Part shown: positions 47,689 to 57,990 of the stretch, piece by piece
How positions within the stretch are numbered: position 1 is the first letter of the stretch
Layout: every line of letters begins with the position of its first letter
Assembly (NCBI GenBank): GCA_026418675.1
Contig: JAOAAX010000009.1
Location: forward strand, 1,192-65,191
Direction: 5' to 3'
Origin: Chthoniobacterales bacterium
GTDB lineage: Bacteria; Verrucomicrobiota; Verrucomicrobiia; Chthoniobacterales; DYNR01
DNA: 64,000 bases
Notes under the pieces: model-generated
The model's database searches: none
What the model was told of the DNA's origin: nothing
Seen by the model: the letters and a program-made list of their open reading frames with translations, nothing else
Program-made: the position numbers and the translations under genes

Positions 47689-48480
47689 ATGTCCGAGGGT
47701 AGCAATTCCCCAGACCGAACTCAATCTGATGTTAATTATCCTTTTAAATCTCTTGCTCGAAAAGCTTATTGGGCTTCTGAGGACGAAGAAAAACAACTGC
47801 GCCAATACCTTCCTTTGCTCTATAGCGAGGTCAACCGAGTTGCTGCAGCTTTACCACAAAACTACGACCTCTCAGACCTTGTTAGCGCAGGTCTCGTGGG
47901 ACTTGTTCAAGCTTGGCGCCGCTTTGACCCAACTTCAGGAACTCCTTTCTTGGCTTACGCTCTCCGCAGAATTCGCGGTGCTATTCTTGACGAATTGCGA
48001 AGATCAGATTGGATGTCACGCTCAACCCGCGCTAAAGCAAAAATCATATCTGAAGCCATTCGTCAATTCGAACAAATCCATGGTCGACCTGCTTCTCCCG
48101 ATGAAATTGCAGCAGAGTTGGGCCTATCAAACGAAGACTACTCAAAACTTCTCGATGAAGTTCGCCCCATCTCTTTCGTTCAAATAGATGCCACTCCTGA
48201 AGATTCCGACCTAGATTCTCTTCACGATGTTATTCCTGATTCTAATGCAGAATCAATTCAAGAAATCCTCCAAAAAAGAGAACTCATCGAACTTATTTCT
48301 AAGAGAATACGTCAAATGCCACTTAATACGCAAAAGATTTTGGCTATGTATTACTACGAAGGTATGAAACTTGCCGAAATCGCCAAAGTCTTCGGTGTCA
48401 CTGAATCTCGAATCTGCCAAATCCATACCCACGCTATTCTAAGTCTAAGAACTTACATTCAAGCATTACTTAAGTTGTAA
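47689..48480 (+). CDS. fliA: Flagellar sigma factor FliA (sigma-28)
   Basis: Sigma-70 regions 2-4: LVSAGLVGLVQAWRRFDP, AYALRRIRGAILDELR, and the MKLAEIAKVFGVTESRICQIH region 4 HTH. Adjacent to motAB. Confidence 0.9.
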   Translation: MSEGSNSPDRTQSDVNYPFKSLARKAYWASEDEEKQLRQYLPLLYSEVNRVAAALPQNYDLSDLVSAGLVGLVQAWRRFDPTSGTPFLAYALRRIRGAILDELRRSDWMSRSTRAKAKIISEAIRQFEQIHGRPASPDEIAAELGLSNEDYSKLLDEVRPISFVQIDATPEDSDLDSLHDVIPDSNAESIQEILQKRELIELISKRIRQMPLNTQKILAMYYYEGMKLAEIAKVFGVTESRICQIHTHAILSLRTYIQALLKL

Positions 48481-48484
48481 ACTT

Positions 48485-49348
48485 ATGGTCCTCCTCTTAG
48501 GATATTTAATTGTCTTTGGTTCAGCAATGGGAGGTTTTATGCTCGCCGGTGGCAATCCGATAGTTTTGCTTCATATCTCTGAAATAGTCACAATCTGCGG
48601 AATTGGTACAGGAATACTCGTTATTGCAAGTCCACCGAGTGTTCTTGCAACATTAGTCCACCAAGTCCAAGTTGCTCTTAAAGGTTCGCCTGTCAGCAAA
48701 GACGAATTCATAGATTTGCTAAAGTTACTTTACGAACTATTCTCAAAAGCTCGCAGAGGTGGCTTAGTTGCTATCGAGGAAGACATCCTCGATCCATCGA
48801 ACAGCCCCATACTTTCTAAATATCCTTCTTTTGTAAACGATTCAGGTAAAGTTGAATTTCTCCGAAACAGCTTAAGACCTGTGATAGACGGTCGAGTCCG
48901 TCCAGAGCACCTACTGGGACTACTTGAAAATGAACTCGAAACTGTTCACGAAAGTGAAAATCAGCCAGTTCACGTATTACAACTTGTGGGCGATTCTCTC
49001 CCAGGTGTTGGTATTGTTGCGGCCGTTATGGGTATAATCAATACAATGGGCTCAGTTGCCGATGGCCCCGAAAAAGTTGGTTTAAAAGTTGCGGCTGCTT
49101 TAACTGGCACTTTCCTTGGTGTTTTCCTTGCTTACGGTTTTGTCAATCCCCTAGCTGCTCGATTAAAATCCAATAACATGCTTCATGCCTCGTATTACAT
49201 AATGATCATGAAAGCCTGTGTCAGTTTTGTTAATGGAATGGCTCCAATCATGGCTGTAGAAGTCGCGCGCCGTTGCATTCAACCAGATCTCCAACCCACC
49301 GCTGACGAACTCGAAGAAATGCTAAAATCCACAGGCTCCTCCAAATAG
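48485..49348 (+). CDS. motA: Flagellar stator protein MotA
   Basis: 287 aa with 4 TM helices, GDSLPGVGIVAAVMGII and AAALTGTFLGVFLAYGFVNPLA. Followed by motB. Confidence 0.88.
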   Translation: MVLLLGYLIVFGSAMGGFMLAGGNPIVLLHISEIVTICGIGTGILVIASPPSVLATLVHQVQVALKGSPVSKDEFIDLLKLLYELFSKARRGGLVAIEEDILDPSNSPILSKYPSFVNDSGKVEFLRNSLRPVIDGRVRPEHLLGLLENELETVHESENQPVHVLQLVGDSLPGVGIVAAVMGIINTMGSVADGPEKVGLKVAAALTGTFLGVFLAYGFVNPLAARLKSNNMLHASYYIMIMKACVSFVNGMAPIMAVEVARRCIQPDLQPTADELEEMLKSTGSSK

Positions 49349-49362
49349 CCCCATTTTATTTT

Positions 49363-50133
49363 ATGGCCAAAAAAAAACATGATGCCCATCATGGCGGTGC
49401 ATGGAAAGTGGCTTATGCTGACTTCGTAACAGCAATGATGGCACTTTTTATGGTTCTTTGGATACTATCCCAACAACCAGAAATCATTGAAGCTACTGCC
49501 CGATACTTCCAAGACCCTTATATCGCTTTTGCAAACAAAGGCTCTGGTGTTATGGACGAATTCGTCGCTGGCACAAGAAAAGAGTCATCCTCTGAAAATC
49601 CAGAAATCACTCAAAACGAAGGCTTCTTACGTGCTGTAGCTCGTGATTTTACTCGCCTCCTTAATATCAAAACTGAAGAAAATAGCCCAATCGAGGTCCA
49701 ACTCACTTCCGATGGCCTCAAAATCACTATGTATGATCGCCCAGATAAACCTTTATTTAACCCTAAAACCGCTGAACTCACCGATTGGGGTAATTTTGTC
49801 CTCCAAAACCTTGCTTGGTTAATTGAGCGATATAACTTCCGTGTATTCATTGATGGTCATACCGCAAAATGGACTGAGCAACCCGATTCCAAATATGGCC
49901 CATGGGAACTCAGTGCGGACCGAGCTAATTCGGCACGCCGTGCCCTAGAACGTTACGCAGTAAATCCCAAAAAAATCGAACGCGTAACAGGCTATGGGGA
50001 CACTTCTCCCATTCCAGGAGAAGACCCCACCTCCACTCGTAATGAACGTATCACCGTTAGCCTCTCCGCACTTCCTGACATAAATCTTGAAAACCTTGCC
50101 GAACCATTCCCAACGCCTAATCCCCAATCCTGA
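49363..50133 (+). CDS. motB: Flagellar stator protein MotB (OmpA-like C-terminal domain)
   Basis: HHGGAWKVAYADFVTAMMALFMVLW with the conserved Asp. OmpA-like domain ends in TGYGDTSPI...NERITVSL. Confidence 0.88.
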   Translation: MAKKKHDAHHGGAWKVAYADFVTAMMALFMVLWILSQQPEIIEATARYFQDPYIAFANKGSGVMDEFVAGTRKESSSENPEITQNEGFLRAVARDFTRLLNIKTEENSPIEVQLTSDGLKITMYDRPDKPLFNPKTAELTDWGNFVLQNLAWLIERYNFRVFIDGHTAKWTEQPDSKYGPWELSADRANSARRALERYAVNPKKIERVTGYGDTSPIPGEDPTSTRNERITVSLSALPDINLENLAEPFPTPNPQS

Positions 50134-50136
50134 ACC

Positions 50137-50388
50137 ATGCGCAATTTTCTCGACAATCGTCCAAAAATCCCCACACCAAACACCCAGCATTCTCAATCCA
50201 ATCCACACACACTCCCAACTCAAGGACTAAACAAAATTCTACCTTCTTCTTCTATCATTCATCAAACCGATACTTCTCACTCTGAGTTCCCTCGCATCGA
50301 ACTTTCGCAAGATTCTGAAGGCCGAATCTCCGAAATCCGCCTCCATTGCCGCTGCGGTGAAATGATTACTCTCCGTTGTATTTACTAA
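50137..50388 (+). CDS. Small hypothetical protein with a C-terminal HCRCG...C motif
   Basis: 83-aa ORF starting 4 nt after the motB stop. Disordered Pro/Thr/Ser/Gln-rich N-terminus and C-terminal RISEIRLHCRCGEMITLRCIY. No SD. Coding status uncertain because stops are rare on this G-poor strand. Confidence 0.35.
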   Translation: MRNFLDNRPKIPTPNTQHSQSNPHTLPTQGLNKILPSSSIIHQTDTSHSEFPRIELSQDSEGRISEIRLHCRCGEMITLRCIY

Positions 50389-50496
50389 TTCCCTCCAATT
50401 TCACAAGTGCAGAATCTGCAAAGGCTAGTCTAACAAACTTATAGATCATCATAAAAAACTTCCCTCTCCACCGTATAACTCCTCTTCATTTGAAAA

Positions 50497-53235
50497 TTGC
50501 CATACAAAAAAACATTTCTATTCAAAAAAACTGTTTCCCAGCTTTTACTGTTCTTTTTAGCCTCCTCCTTTCTTTCCTCAAGCTTTCCCCAATTAAACCC
50601 TCGTGATTCCTTTCCAAATCCTTCTCCTTCTCTCCTAACAGCGGCTCAAACACTTGCCGATGCCGCCCGTCAACTTCCAGATTCCCTCCAACTATCTATA
50701 CTTCGCCCAGCACTCGCCTTAACCATTCTCGAACAGTACTCCAGGATACTCCCAGATGACCCCCCCCTAACCGACATTCTTTACCTCATAAATCTTCTCT
50801 TATCCCACTCCCCAGAACCACATCTACTCCAAAACTACCTCTCAAAACTTCCTCCAGCCGACTCCATCATCTTCAATGGACATCAGCTCCTCGGCGCAGC
50901 CTTAGCACGTCCCGACAATCTCATCGGTCTCGACTCATTGCCCATCGCTCTTTCTCGTCGGATTCCCGCTCTCCTCTTTCCCCTCCGAAATGATCAAGCC
51001 CCTCTCCTCACCCAATTTGTCCAAACATCAAGTTTTTCCCTCTCAACCCTCCGCACAAGAACTCAAAACTTTTACCAAGCCCCAATAGCCGATCTCCTCT
51101 TCGCTGACGGCCTTTTTCTCCGACCCTATTCGGGAAAAATAGACGATCTATATGTCCACTTTGTTCAAAAAAATCATACTTTGCTATCCATATTATCATT
51201 TTATGCCATAGCCGAATCCCTCCCAGCAAGACGCTATTCCCCAATAACCGGCATCGGCTCTCCCCTCTCGGTCCCAACTCCTTGGTTTAATGTTAACGAC
51301 ATCCTCTCCGGTGGCGCTCTCCTTGCAGTCGAACAATACCGCTCCTCCCACCAAACCCCATCCTCCATACCAAACCCATTTTCAAACTTCGCCATCCGCA
51401 TCCTCCCTTACCTAGATTCCTCAATTAATTCCCTCCAACCAGGCTCTACTCTCACAATCTCCCGTGAGTTAATTCGACAAGCCATCCGCCACCCAAAACG
51501 TTTCTCTCCTAAACCTGTCCCGCCAATCCTTAATGACCCATCCAGATTTTTTGGATCTTATAGTCCAATTTTTCAGCTCGCTTCACGCCGCCTCTCCCGC
51601 AAAGAGCTCGCTACTGCAATCCGCCAAATTGATTTCGAAACTCCTTTACCGGACATACCAGCCACACCTTCCGCTAACGAACTCCTTGCAGAGCCAACTT
51701 CCTGGGCACCCGCCTTCTCTGAAGATGAAATCCCTCTCTTACCCCAAGAGGAAAACTCTCTTTCAGAAGAATTGGCATTTACTCCCCCTCCCCAAAACCC
51801 TTCACCTCCACCCACAAAACGCGTTGAACCCATTTACCCCGAACCCATCCTTCCTAAAACTCCAACCCAACAACCCAATCAATCTAAACCTCAAAAAAAC
51901 ATCCCTTCTCCACTACCATCCGAACCCCCACTCGTCGCAACCCTCCCAACTTTTTCTATTCAAAATCAGATAATTACATCTAATTCTGTTGGACAACATT
52001 TCTTGCCACAAACCCAAAATTCCAGCACAACGCAATCTCTAGCCGCACCTTTTTCTCTCCCCAACCCCATCTCTCAAGAAACCACTTCCAATTCAACAAA
52101 CCCCTCCCCTCCACCACCATCAACCTTGCTCGCCCAAATCCCCTCCCCCCAATCCAAAATTCCTGAATTATTGCATAGCGACAATCCTACTGCCGAGGAA
52201 ATTCCTCAACCACCCCCTATTCCTAATCCTCAGTTAACTTTACCTTCCCCGTCACCTCACCGCCTCACTCCCACTCAAAGCCCAACACCAACTCCAAACC
52301 TACCACTCTCATTACCCCAAGAGAAAGCCTCTCCATCCGAACTGCCAGCTCCTTCTTCCTTACTTGCATCCCTTTTATCCCCAACAGAACCACATAGCTC
52401 CCCCATTCACCTCTCTTTCTACCCTACCAACACACTCCTCCCACCACAGCCTTACCAAACGTCTCTTGACTTGGTCACCGCCAAAACTTCTATTCCCCTT
52501 GCTTCCCCTACTCGCCTCGAGCCCCCCTCCTCTCTCCTCCAGCCCTCCATACACCCAATCCCAGCGCAAATCCCCAAACCAGACTTTACCATAAACTCAC
52601 TCCCACCTCAACCTTCTCCACTCACCAACCTTTACTCCTCTCTAACAACAAGCAACTTCTCCGAATCACCCATTACATTCAGCTTACTCCACCCCATTTT
52701 ACTACCACAAACATCCATACCAAAACTCCCGCAGCTCGAACAAATCCTCCCCACCCTTGCCGCATCCGCCCCAACCCCCACACCTCCACAACCCAAACCA
52801 ACCAAATCCGAACCCATCCAGCTTCCAGATTTTTCCTCCGCTCCCTATGTTGCTATTGTCACCCCAACCATTGAAGCCTGTGAATCCTACACAACGGCAC
52901 TCGCTGCTAACGACCAAGCTCTCTCAACACTCCTCTCCCAACTCAACCGCACCCAACTTTACCTCCGCTGGCTCGACGCCGCTACTACACCCCTTGAGGA
53001 ATTCCTCGCTCAAAACCCCAACCTCCCTGAGTCAGTCATAGCACAAATCCATCTCGCCATTAATCTTTCCACCGACGAAATGGCTCGTCTCCTTCAACTC
53101 CGCACCGAACTCCTTAGGCAACGCCAAACCCTCCTCGCTCAGCGCCAAGCACTCCAAATCGAACTCAACTCTAACCTTCAAAAAAATCTCCACTTCCTTC
53201 AAAAAAACGCGCTCGGCTCCTCCACAGGCGCCTAA
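50497..53235 (+). CDS. Large (912 aa) secreted or membrane-anchored Pro/Ser/Leu/Thr/Gln-rich protein with a C-terminal coiled coil
   Basis: The only long ORF in any frame across 2.7 kb; minus-strand ORFs there are under 90 aa. Hydrophobic N-terminus (QLLLFFLASSFLSS), a central segment of about 400 aa that is very Pro-rich, and C-terminal heptad-like LLQLRTELLRQRQTLLAQRQALQIELN. TTG start, no SD. Confidence 0.55.
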   Translation: MPYKKTFLFKKTVSQLLLFFLASSFLSSSFPQLNPRDSFPNPSPSLLTAAQTLADAARQLPDSLQLSILRPALALTILEQYSRILPDDPPLTDILYLINLLLSHSPEPHLLQNYLSKLPPADSIIFNGHQLLGAALARPDNLIGLDSLPIALSRRIPALLFPLRNDQAPLLTQFVQTSSFSLSTLRTRTQNFYQAPIADLLFADGLFLRPYSGKIDDLYVHFVQKNHTLLSILSFYAIAESLPARRYSPITGIGSPLSVPTPWFNVNDILSGGALLAVEQYRSSHQTPSSIPNPFSNFAIRILPYLDSSINSLQPGSTLTISRELIRQAIRHPKRFSPKPVPPILNDPSRFFGSYSPIFQLASRRLSRKELATAIRQIDFETPLPDIPATPSANELLAEPTSWAPAFSEDEIPLLPQEENSLSEELAFTPPPQNPSPPPTKRVEPIYPEPILPKTPTQQPNQSKPQKNIPSPLPSEPPLVATLPTFSIQNQIITSNSVGQHFLPQTQNSSTTQSLAAPFSLPNPISQETTSNSTNPSPPPPSTLLAQIPSPQSKIPELLHSDNPTAEEIPQPPPIPNPQLTLPSPSPHRLTPTQSPTPTPNLPLSLPQEKASPSELPAPSSLLASLLSPTEPHSSPIHLSFYPTNTLLPPQPYQTSLDLVTAKTSIPLASPTRLEPPSSLLQPSIHPIPAQIPKPDFTINSLPPQPSPLTNLYSSLTTSNFSESPITFSLLHPILLPQTSIPKLPQLEQILPTLAASAPTPTPPQPKPTKSEPIQLPDFSSAPYVAIVTPTIEACESYTTALAANDQALSTLLSQLNRTQLYLRWLDAATTPLEEFLAQNPNLPESVIAQIHLAINLSTDEMARLLQLRTELLRQRQTLLAQRQALQIELNSNLQKNLHFLQKNALGSSTGA

Positions 53236-53238
53236 CAC

Positions 53239-54171
53239 TCACCGGCTCCACTCCAACATCCTCCTCAACGGCACTTCCGCCCTCCGTCTCACTTCTTCCT
53301 CCACTGTCACCTCCGGCTCCATATCCCGCAAACACAAATACAGTTTTTCGAGTGTATTTTTTTTCATAAACCGGCAGTCATTACACGCGCACGTCTCCGT
53401 CGGCCCAGCGTAGAACCTCTTGTGTGGCAACTCCTTCCTTAACCGGTGCAACATCCCAGCTTCCGTCACAACAATAAACTCCTCCGCCTCATCTTCCCGG
53501 CAAAAACTCACCATCCGCTCCGTAGAACACACCTCATCCGCAAGCAACCGAACCGCTAATGTGCACTCCGGATGCGCCACCACCTTCGCCCTGGGATGCG
53601 CTCGCTTCGCCTCCTCTATGCTCCGCTGGGTAAACTCCACATGCACATGGCAACTCCCGTTCCACAAATCCATCTTCCGCCCAGTCCGTTCCATCACCCA
53701 CGCTCCAAGATTCTGATCCGGAACAAACAATATATTCCTCCCCTCAGGCACCCGCCGCACAATCCGCTCTGCATTTCCACTTGTGCAAATCACATCACTC
53801 AAAGCCTTCACTGCCGCGCTACAATTTATATACGCCACCACGTAATAATCCTTCTCTCGATTCTCTTCCAAATACTTCGCCAAGGCACTAGCGGGACACG
53901 ATTCCGCCAGCGAACAACCAGCCTCAAGGTCCGGTATCAACACCCGTTTCCTGGGATTTATGATCTTTGCTGTTTCAGCCATAAAATGCACACCGCAAAA
54001 AACGATCACCTCGGCGTCCGTTCCCGCTGCTTGAAAACTCAAACCCAGCGAATCCCCAACAAAATCCGCCACATCCTGCAAATCCCCTGTCTGATAATTA
54101 TGGGCCAATATTACCGCCCGCCGCTCACGTCGTAACTTCTCTATTCCAGCAAGTAAGTCATTCGTTTCCAT
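53239..54171 (-). CDS. nadA: Quinolinate synthase
   Basis: AVILAHNYQTGDLQDVADFVGDSL, VFCGVHFMAETAKI and VVAHPEC motifs. Confidence 0.92.
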   Translation of the reverse strand: METNDLLAGIEKLRRERRAVILAHNYQTGDLQDVADFVGDSLGLSFQAAGTDAEVIVFCGVHFMAETAKIINPRKRVLIPDLEAGCSLAESCPASALAKYLEENREKDYYVVAYINCSAAVKALSDVICTSGNAERIVRRVPEGRNILFVPDQNLGAWVMERTGRKMDLWNGSCHVHVEFTQRSIEEAKRAHPRAKVVAHPECTLAVRLLADEVCSTERMVSFCREDEAEEFIVVTEAGMLHRLRKELPHKRFYAGPTETCACNDCRFMKKNTLEKLYLCLRDMEPEVTVEEEVRRRAEVPLRRMLEWSR

Positions 54172-54323
54172 TTCCTTACATCCTTTTTATTCTATCACTA
54201 AAACTTACAAACTTCAACCTCCGCTTCCCTCTTGTCTCACAATTTTTTAATTGATGTTCTTGAGATTCAATTGCAAATATGCCATAATCTTCCTCTATCA
54301 AACCTCTATTCCCTTTCCTCGTT

Positions 54324-54578
54324 ATGAATCCTGGCGCAAAACCCATCCAACTTTCCTCTCTTCATCCTCACATCCCAGCACGCATACACCAACTTACAGA
54401 CCAAAACCCCATCTCAAGTCGCCTCGCGGCCCTTGGTCTGCTTCCAGGCTCGATTGTTTCCATCACTCACATCGCTCCTCTTGGCGACCCCATCGCTATC
54501 CAGATTGAAAAACGCCAAATCGCTCTCCGGCGTTCCGAAGCCCAACTCCTTCTTGTTCAACCTCAACTCGATGACTAA
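54324..54578 (+). CDS. feoA: Ferrous iron transport protein A
   Basis: 84 aa with the SH3-like FeoA pattern (RLAALGLLPGSIVSITHIAPLGDPIAIQI). There is an 8-nt overlap with the feoB ATG. Confidence 0.85.
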   Translation: MNPGAKPIQLSSLHPHIPARIHQLTDQNPISSRLAALGLLPGSIVSITHIAPLGDPIAIQIEKRQIALRRSEAQLLLVQPQLDD

Positions 54579-56769
54579 CAACTCACCCATCCGCATCGCG
54601 CTCATCGGCAATCCTAACACCGGAAAATCCACACTTTTTAACCGCTTAACCGGCCTCCGCCAACACATCACCAACTACCCTGGAACAACTGTCCTTGCTC
54701 ATACAGGATTTTCTCATATTGAAGATAAACAAGTCCAATTTATTGATCTTCCAGGTATTTATTCACTCTCTGCTTCTTCACCAGACGAAAAAGTCGTTTT
54801 TGATCTCCTCCTCTGTGATAACAAAATTGACCTTATTCTCTTTATCCTCGATTCCACCAATCTCCGACGCAGCTTTTTCCTCATCTATCAGCTAGCAGAA
54901 TTTGAAATACCCTGCTTGCTTGTCCTCAATCAATGGGATCAGGCCATCCGAAATTGCATAAAAATAAACCTACAACTCCTTAAATCGCGTCTCCCCGTTC
55001 CCATAGTTACAACGATTGCCCGCAATGGCATCGGGCTTGAAGAACTCCGCTCAGCCATCGCCACCAGCCTTAAAAGCCCCTCCCGCTTTCCCCTTCCCCA
55101 GTGGCCAACCATCATTGAAGAGTGCCGTCAAACCCTCCTCAACGCCGGCGCTAATCTTTCATTGAATCTCAAGCCACCAGAAGCAACACGCATAATTTTC
55201 GATTCAGACAGCATCTATTTAAAAAACTTTTCCCCCTCCCTCCACTCTCAACTCTCGCAACTCCAATCTCAAATCCAAAATCGCCTTCGACAGAACGGCT
55301 TCAACCTTTCCATTGCAGAAGCAACTATCCATTATAGAAAAATAGACAAATTACTAGAAAATGTCATCCAATCCGACGGCACGATTGCACGCTCCGACTC
55401 ACCACTCGATTCCATCCTCCTTCACAAATTTTGGGGACCTGTGATTTTCTTCGCCATCATGTTCTTGGTCTTTCAGTCACTCTATGCCTGGTCTGCCCCA
55501 TTCACTGACGCAATCGAATCGCTTATCGCTTTAGCCAAAGACAACGTCTTTCTTTGGCTCGAAAAGTTTCCCATCCTCCAAAGCCTTACGACCGATGGCA
55601 TACTTACTGGCGTTGGCAGTGTCTTAGTTTTTCTCCCTCAAATCCTCCTCCTTTTTCTCTTCATCAGCCTCCTTGAGGAGAGCGGCTATCTTGCCCGTGC
55701 AGCCTTTATTATGGATAAGGCACTCGCTTGGTGTGGTTTGAATGGCAAATGTTTCGTCCCTCTCCTCTCGGGCTATGCCTGTTCCATACCAGCTATCCTC
55801 TCTACTCGCACACTCGACTCTCCCTCTGCCCGCCTTACCACAACTCTCCTCATCCCTTTTATGAGCTGCTCTGCTCGCCTTCCCGTTTATACGCTCTTCA
55901 TAAGTGCTTTCATTGAGCCGAAATATGGCCCAAACATTGCCGCTCTCTCCCTTTTTTTCATGCATTTCGTTGGCCCTCTTGTTGCCTTCCCGTTCGCTTG
56001 GTTCCTAAACCGTAAACTCCTTCGCACCCCGCATCAAACTTTCGTCCTCGAATTCCCTCATTATCAACTTCCTTCCCTACGCAACGTCACAACCCGCCTC
56101 TGGGAGAGCGCCCGCGATTTCCTCCAACGTGCCGGCTCCATCATCCTCGCCATCTCGATTATCCTTTGGGCTTTGCTTTACTTCCCTCGCCCTCCAGAAC
56201 TTGCTTCAAAAATTCGAAGCGAATTCCTAAAAACCCATGCGAATTCTTATCCCTCCGAACAAATCCATGCCCAACTTTCGGATCCAAACTCTCCTCTCTC
56301 CGAAAAACTCCAACACACTATTACATCTGCTTACCTTGAGCAAAGCTACCTCGGGCGCCTCGGCAAATTCCTCCAGCCCATCTTCTCGTATGCAGGCTTC
56401 GACTGGAAAATCACCATTGCCATTCTTGGAAGCTTCCCAGCCCGTGAAGTCCTCATCTCAACTCTCGGCATCATTTACAACCTTGGCGGCGACATCAGCG
56501 AAGAATCCGCCGACCTACATTCCGCTCTCTCCTCTGCTACTTGGCCCTCAGGCCCAAAAGCCGGCTACCCCATTTTTTCACTCCCTACTGTTTGGGCCAT
56601 CATGGTTTTCTTTGCGCTTTGCCTCCAATGTGGAGCTACGATCGCCGTTGTTGCCCAGGAAATCAACTGGCGTTGGGCAATCGGCCTTTTCCTCTTCATG
56701 TCCTTCTTAGCTTGGCTTGGAGCTACCCTCACTTACCAAATCCTCTCTAAAATACCTCATTTCCTCTGA
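54571..56769 (+). CDS. feoB: Ferrous iron transporter FeoB
   Basis: G-domain IALIGNPNTGKSTLFNRLTG and DLPGIYSL, then a polytopic membrane domain. ORF track begins at 54433 inside feoA; ATG at 54571 gives the canonical N-terminus. Confidence 0.92.
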   Translation: MTNNSPIRIALIGNPNTGKSTLFNRLTGLRQHITNYPGTTVLAHTGFSHIEDKQVQFIDLPGIYSLSASSPDEKVVFDLLLCDNKIDLILFILDSTNLRRSFFLIYQLAEFEIPCLLVLNQWDQAIRNCIKINLQLLKSRLPVPIVTTIARNGIGLEELRSAIATSLKSPSRFPLPQWPTIIEECRQTLLNAGANLSLNLKPPEATRIIFDSDSIYLKNFSPSLHSQLSQLQSQIQNRLRQNGFNLSIAEATIHYRKIDKLLENVIQSDGTIARSDSPLDSILLHKFWGPVIFFAIMFLVFQSLYAWSAPFTDAIESLIALAKDNVFLWLEKFPILQSLTTDGILTGVGSVLVFLPQILLLFLFISLLEESGYLARAAFIMDKALAWCGLNGKCFVPLLSGYACSIPAILSTRTLDSPSARLTTTLLIPFMSCSARLPVYTLFISAFIEPKYGPNIAALSLFFMHFVGPLVAFPFAWFLNRKLLRTPHQTFVLEFPHYQLPSLRNVTTRLWESARDFLQRAGSIILAISIILWALLYFPRPPELASKIRSEFLKTHANSYPSEQIHAQLSDPNSPLSEKLQHTITSAYLEQSYLGRLGKFLQPIFSYAGFDWKITIAILGSFPAREVLISTLGIIYNLGGDISEESADLHSALSSATWPSGPKAGYPIFSLPTVWAIMVFFALCLQCGATIAVVAQEINWRWAIGLFLFMSFLAWLGATLTYQILSKIPHFL

Positions 56770-56777
56770 TCGAAAAA

Positions 56778-57926
56778 TTAACCCTTCAGCCTCATCACCT
56801 TCCATCCCATCTTCCCTGCCATATCAAGTATCCCCTCCCTGGCTGTCGCAGCTATAACCTGACTCCCCTCAAGCAAAATCCGTAAAACTCTTTCGGTCCG
56901 TTCACCATCCAACTCTGCTATCACATCATCCATCAGCAAAATCGGACTCTGCTTGCAAACCTCAATCAAAATAGCTGCCTGCGCAAACCGTAAACCTAGC
57001 GACAAAGTTCGCTGTTGCCCTTCCGAAGCATAATCCCCTGCGCTTCTACCATTTATTAAAACCGCAAAATCATCCCGATGCGGCCCCAAGGTCGTCATCC
57101 TCAATAGCTGATCCTCCTCGTAATTTTCCCGCAATCTCTTCAATAGTTCACTACCTCCCGAGGGCAGATAATTCACCTCGACATTCTCTACCCCATCCGT
57201 TAACCAACGCACAACCTCATCCGCCCGTTCCTTCACCTTAGGCATTACCCACTGTCGGCACTCCTGCAATCGTTTCCCCAAACCCGCTAACGGCTCATCA
57301 AATGCTTCAACCTCCGCTCGCCTTGCCCCCATTCGCAACAAATAATTCCTTGATCGCAGCGCCCTCTCGTAATCCCGCAAAACCTTCAGGTAACCAGGAA
57401 ATAACTGCGAGCAGAGAAAGTCCAAATATCTCCGCCGCATTGTTCCCGAACCCCGCACCAATTCCCGATCCTCCCCGGAAAACCAAACCACCCGCCCCAA
57501 ACTCAGATACCTATCGCTATCCCTTACACAATCCCCATCAATCCACAACCGTCGCCCATCCTCCCCATTTTCGACTGCTAGTCGAACTCCCCTCTCCCAT
57601 CCCCCCTCTCCGATTTCCACAAAGTCCCCTTCCAAACAAAAATTCCTCTCTCCCCATGCCACGCACGGCCCAGGCTTTGCGCTCCGTGGCGACTGCAAGC
57701 GCAAAACCATACACACCGCCTCAAGCAAACTCGTCTTCCCCACTCCATTCCTCCCAACCACGAGGTTCAACCCTGCTCCAAACTCAAACTCCCCCTCGCG
57801 GTAACACCGAAAACTTCGTATCCCTAACCTCCGAACCTCAAATCTCTTTGCCCCTCCGTAACAAAAAACCCGGAAAGACTCCCCCTCTCTCTTATCCCCC
57901 ATATCCAAAGCAGCATCATTTCCCAC
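56778..57926 (-). CDS. recF: DNA replication and repair protein RecF
   Basis: LGIRSFRCY...LNLVVGRNGVGKTSLLEAV (Walker A), the signature SEGQQRTLSLGLRFA, and Walker B ILLMDDVIAELD. It has an N-terminal extension of about 25-33 aa compared with typical RecF. Confidence 0.88.
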   Translation of the reverse strand: MGNDAALDMGDKREGESFRVFCYGGAKRFEVRRLGIRSFRCYREGEFEFGAGLNLVVGRNGVGKTSLLEAVCMVLRLQSPRSAKPGPCVAWGERNFCLEGDFVEIGEGGWERGVRLAVENGEDGRRLWIDGDCVRDSDRYLSLGRVVWFSGEDRELVRGSGTMRRRYLDFLCSQLFPGYLKVLRDYERALRSRNYLLRMGARRAEVEAFDEPLAGLGKRLQECRQWVMPKVKERADEVVRWLTDGVENVEVNYLPSGGSELLKRLRENYEEDQLLRMTTLGPHRDDFAVLINGRSAGDYASEGQQRTLSLGLRFAQAAILIEVCKQSPILLMDDVIAELDGERTERVLRILLEGSQVIAATAREGILDMAGKMGWKVMRLKG

Positions 57927-57990
57927 TACCGAAGAACGTCACCTCCCCCAAAACTCCATCCGACCTGAAAAAACTCCCACAACTCCCACA

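Noticed and set aside
51700-52850. Possible tandem repeat or CRISPR-like array in the Pro-rich part of the 912-aa ORF
   Set aside because: Only compositional quasi-repeats (TPTP, SPxP) are present. There are no exact direct repeats with regular spacers, and the region lies in one continuous ORF.
54172-54323. Fur box upstream of feoA (AATTGA-N12-TCAATT inverted repeat around 54250-54275)
   Set aside because: It is only a 6-bp inverted repeat with poor similarity to the GATAATGATAATCATTATC consensus. This cannot be supported without a genome-specific Fur motif.
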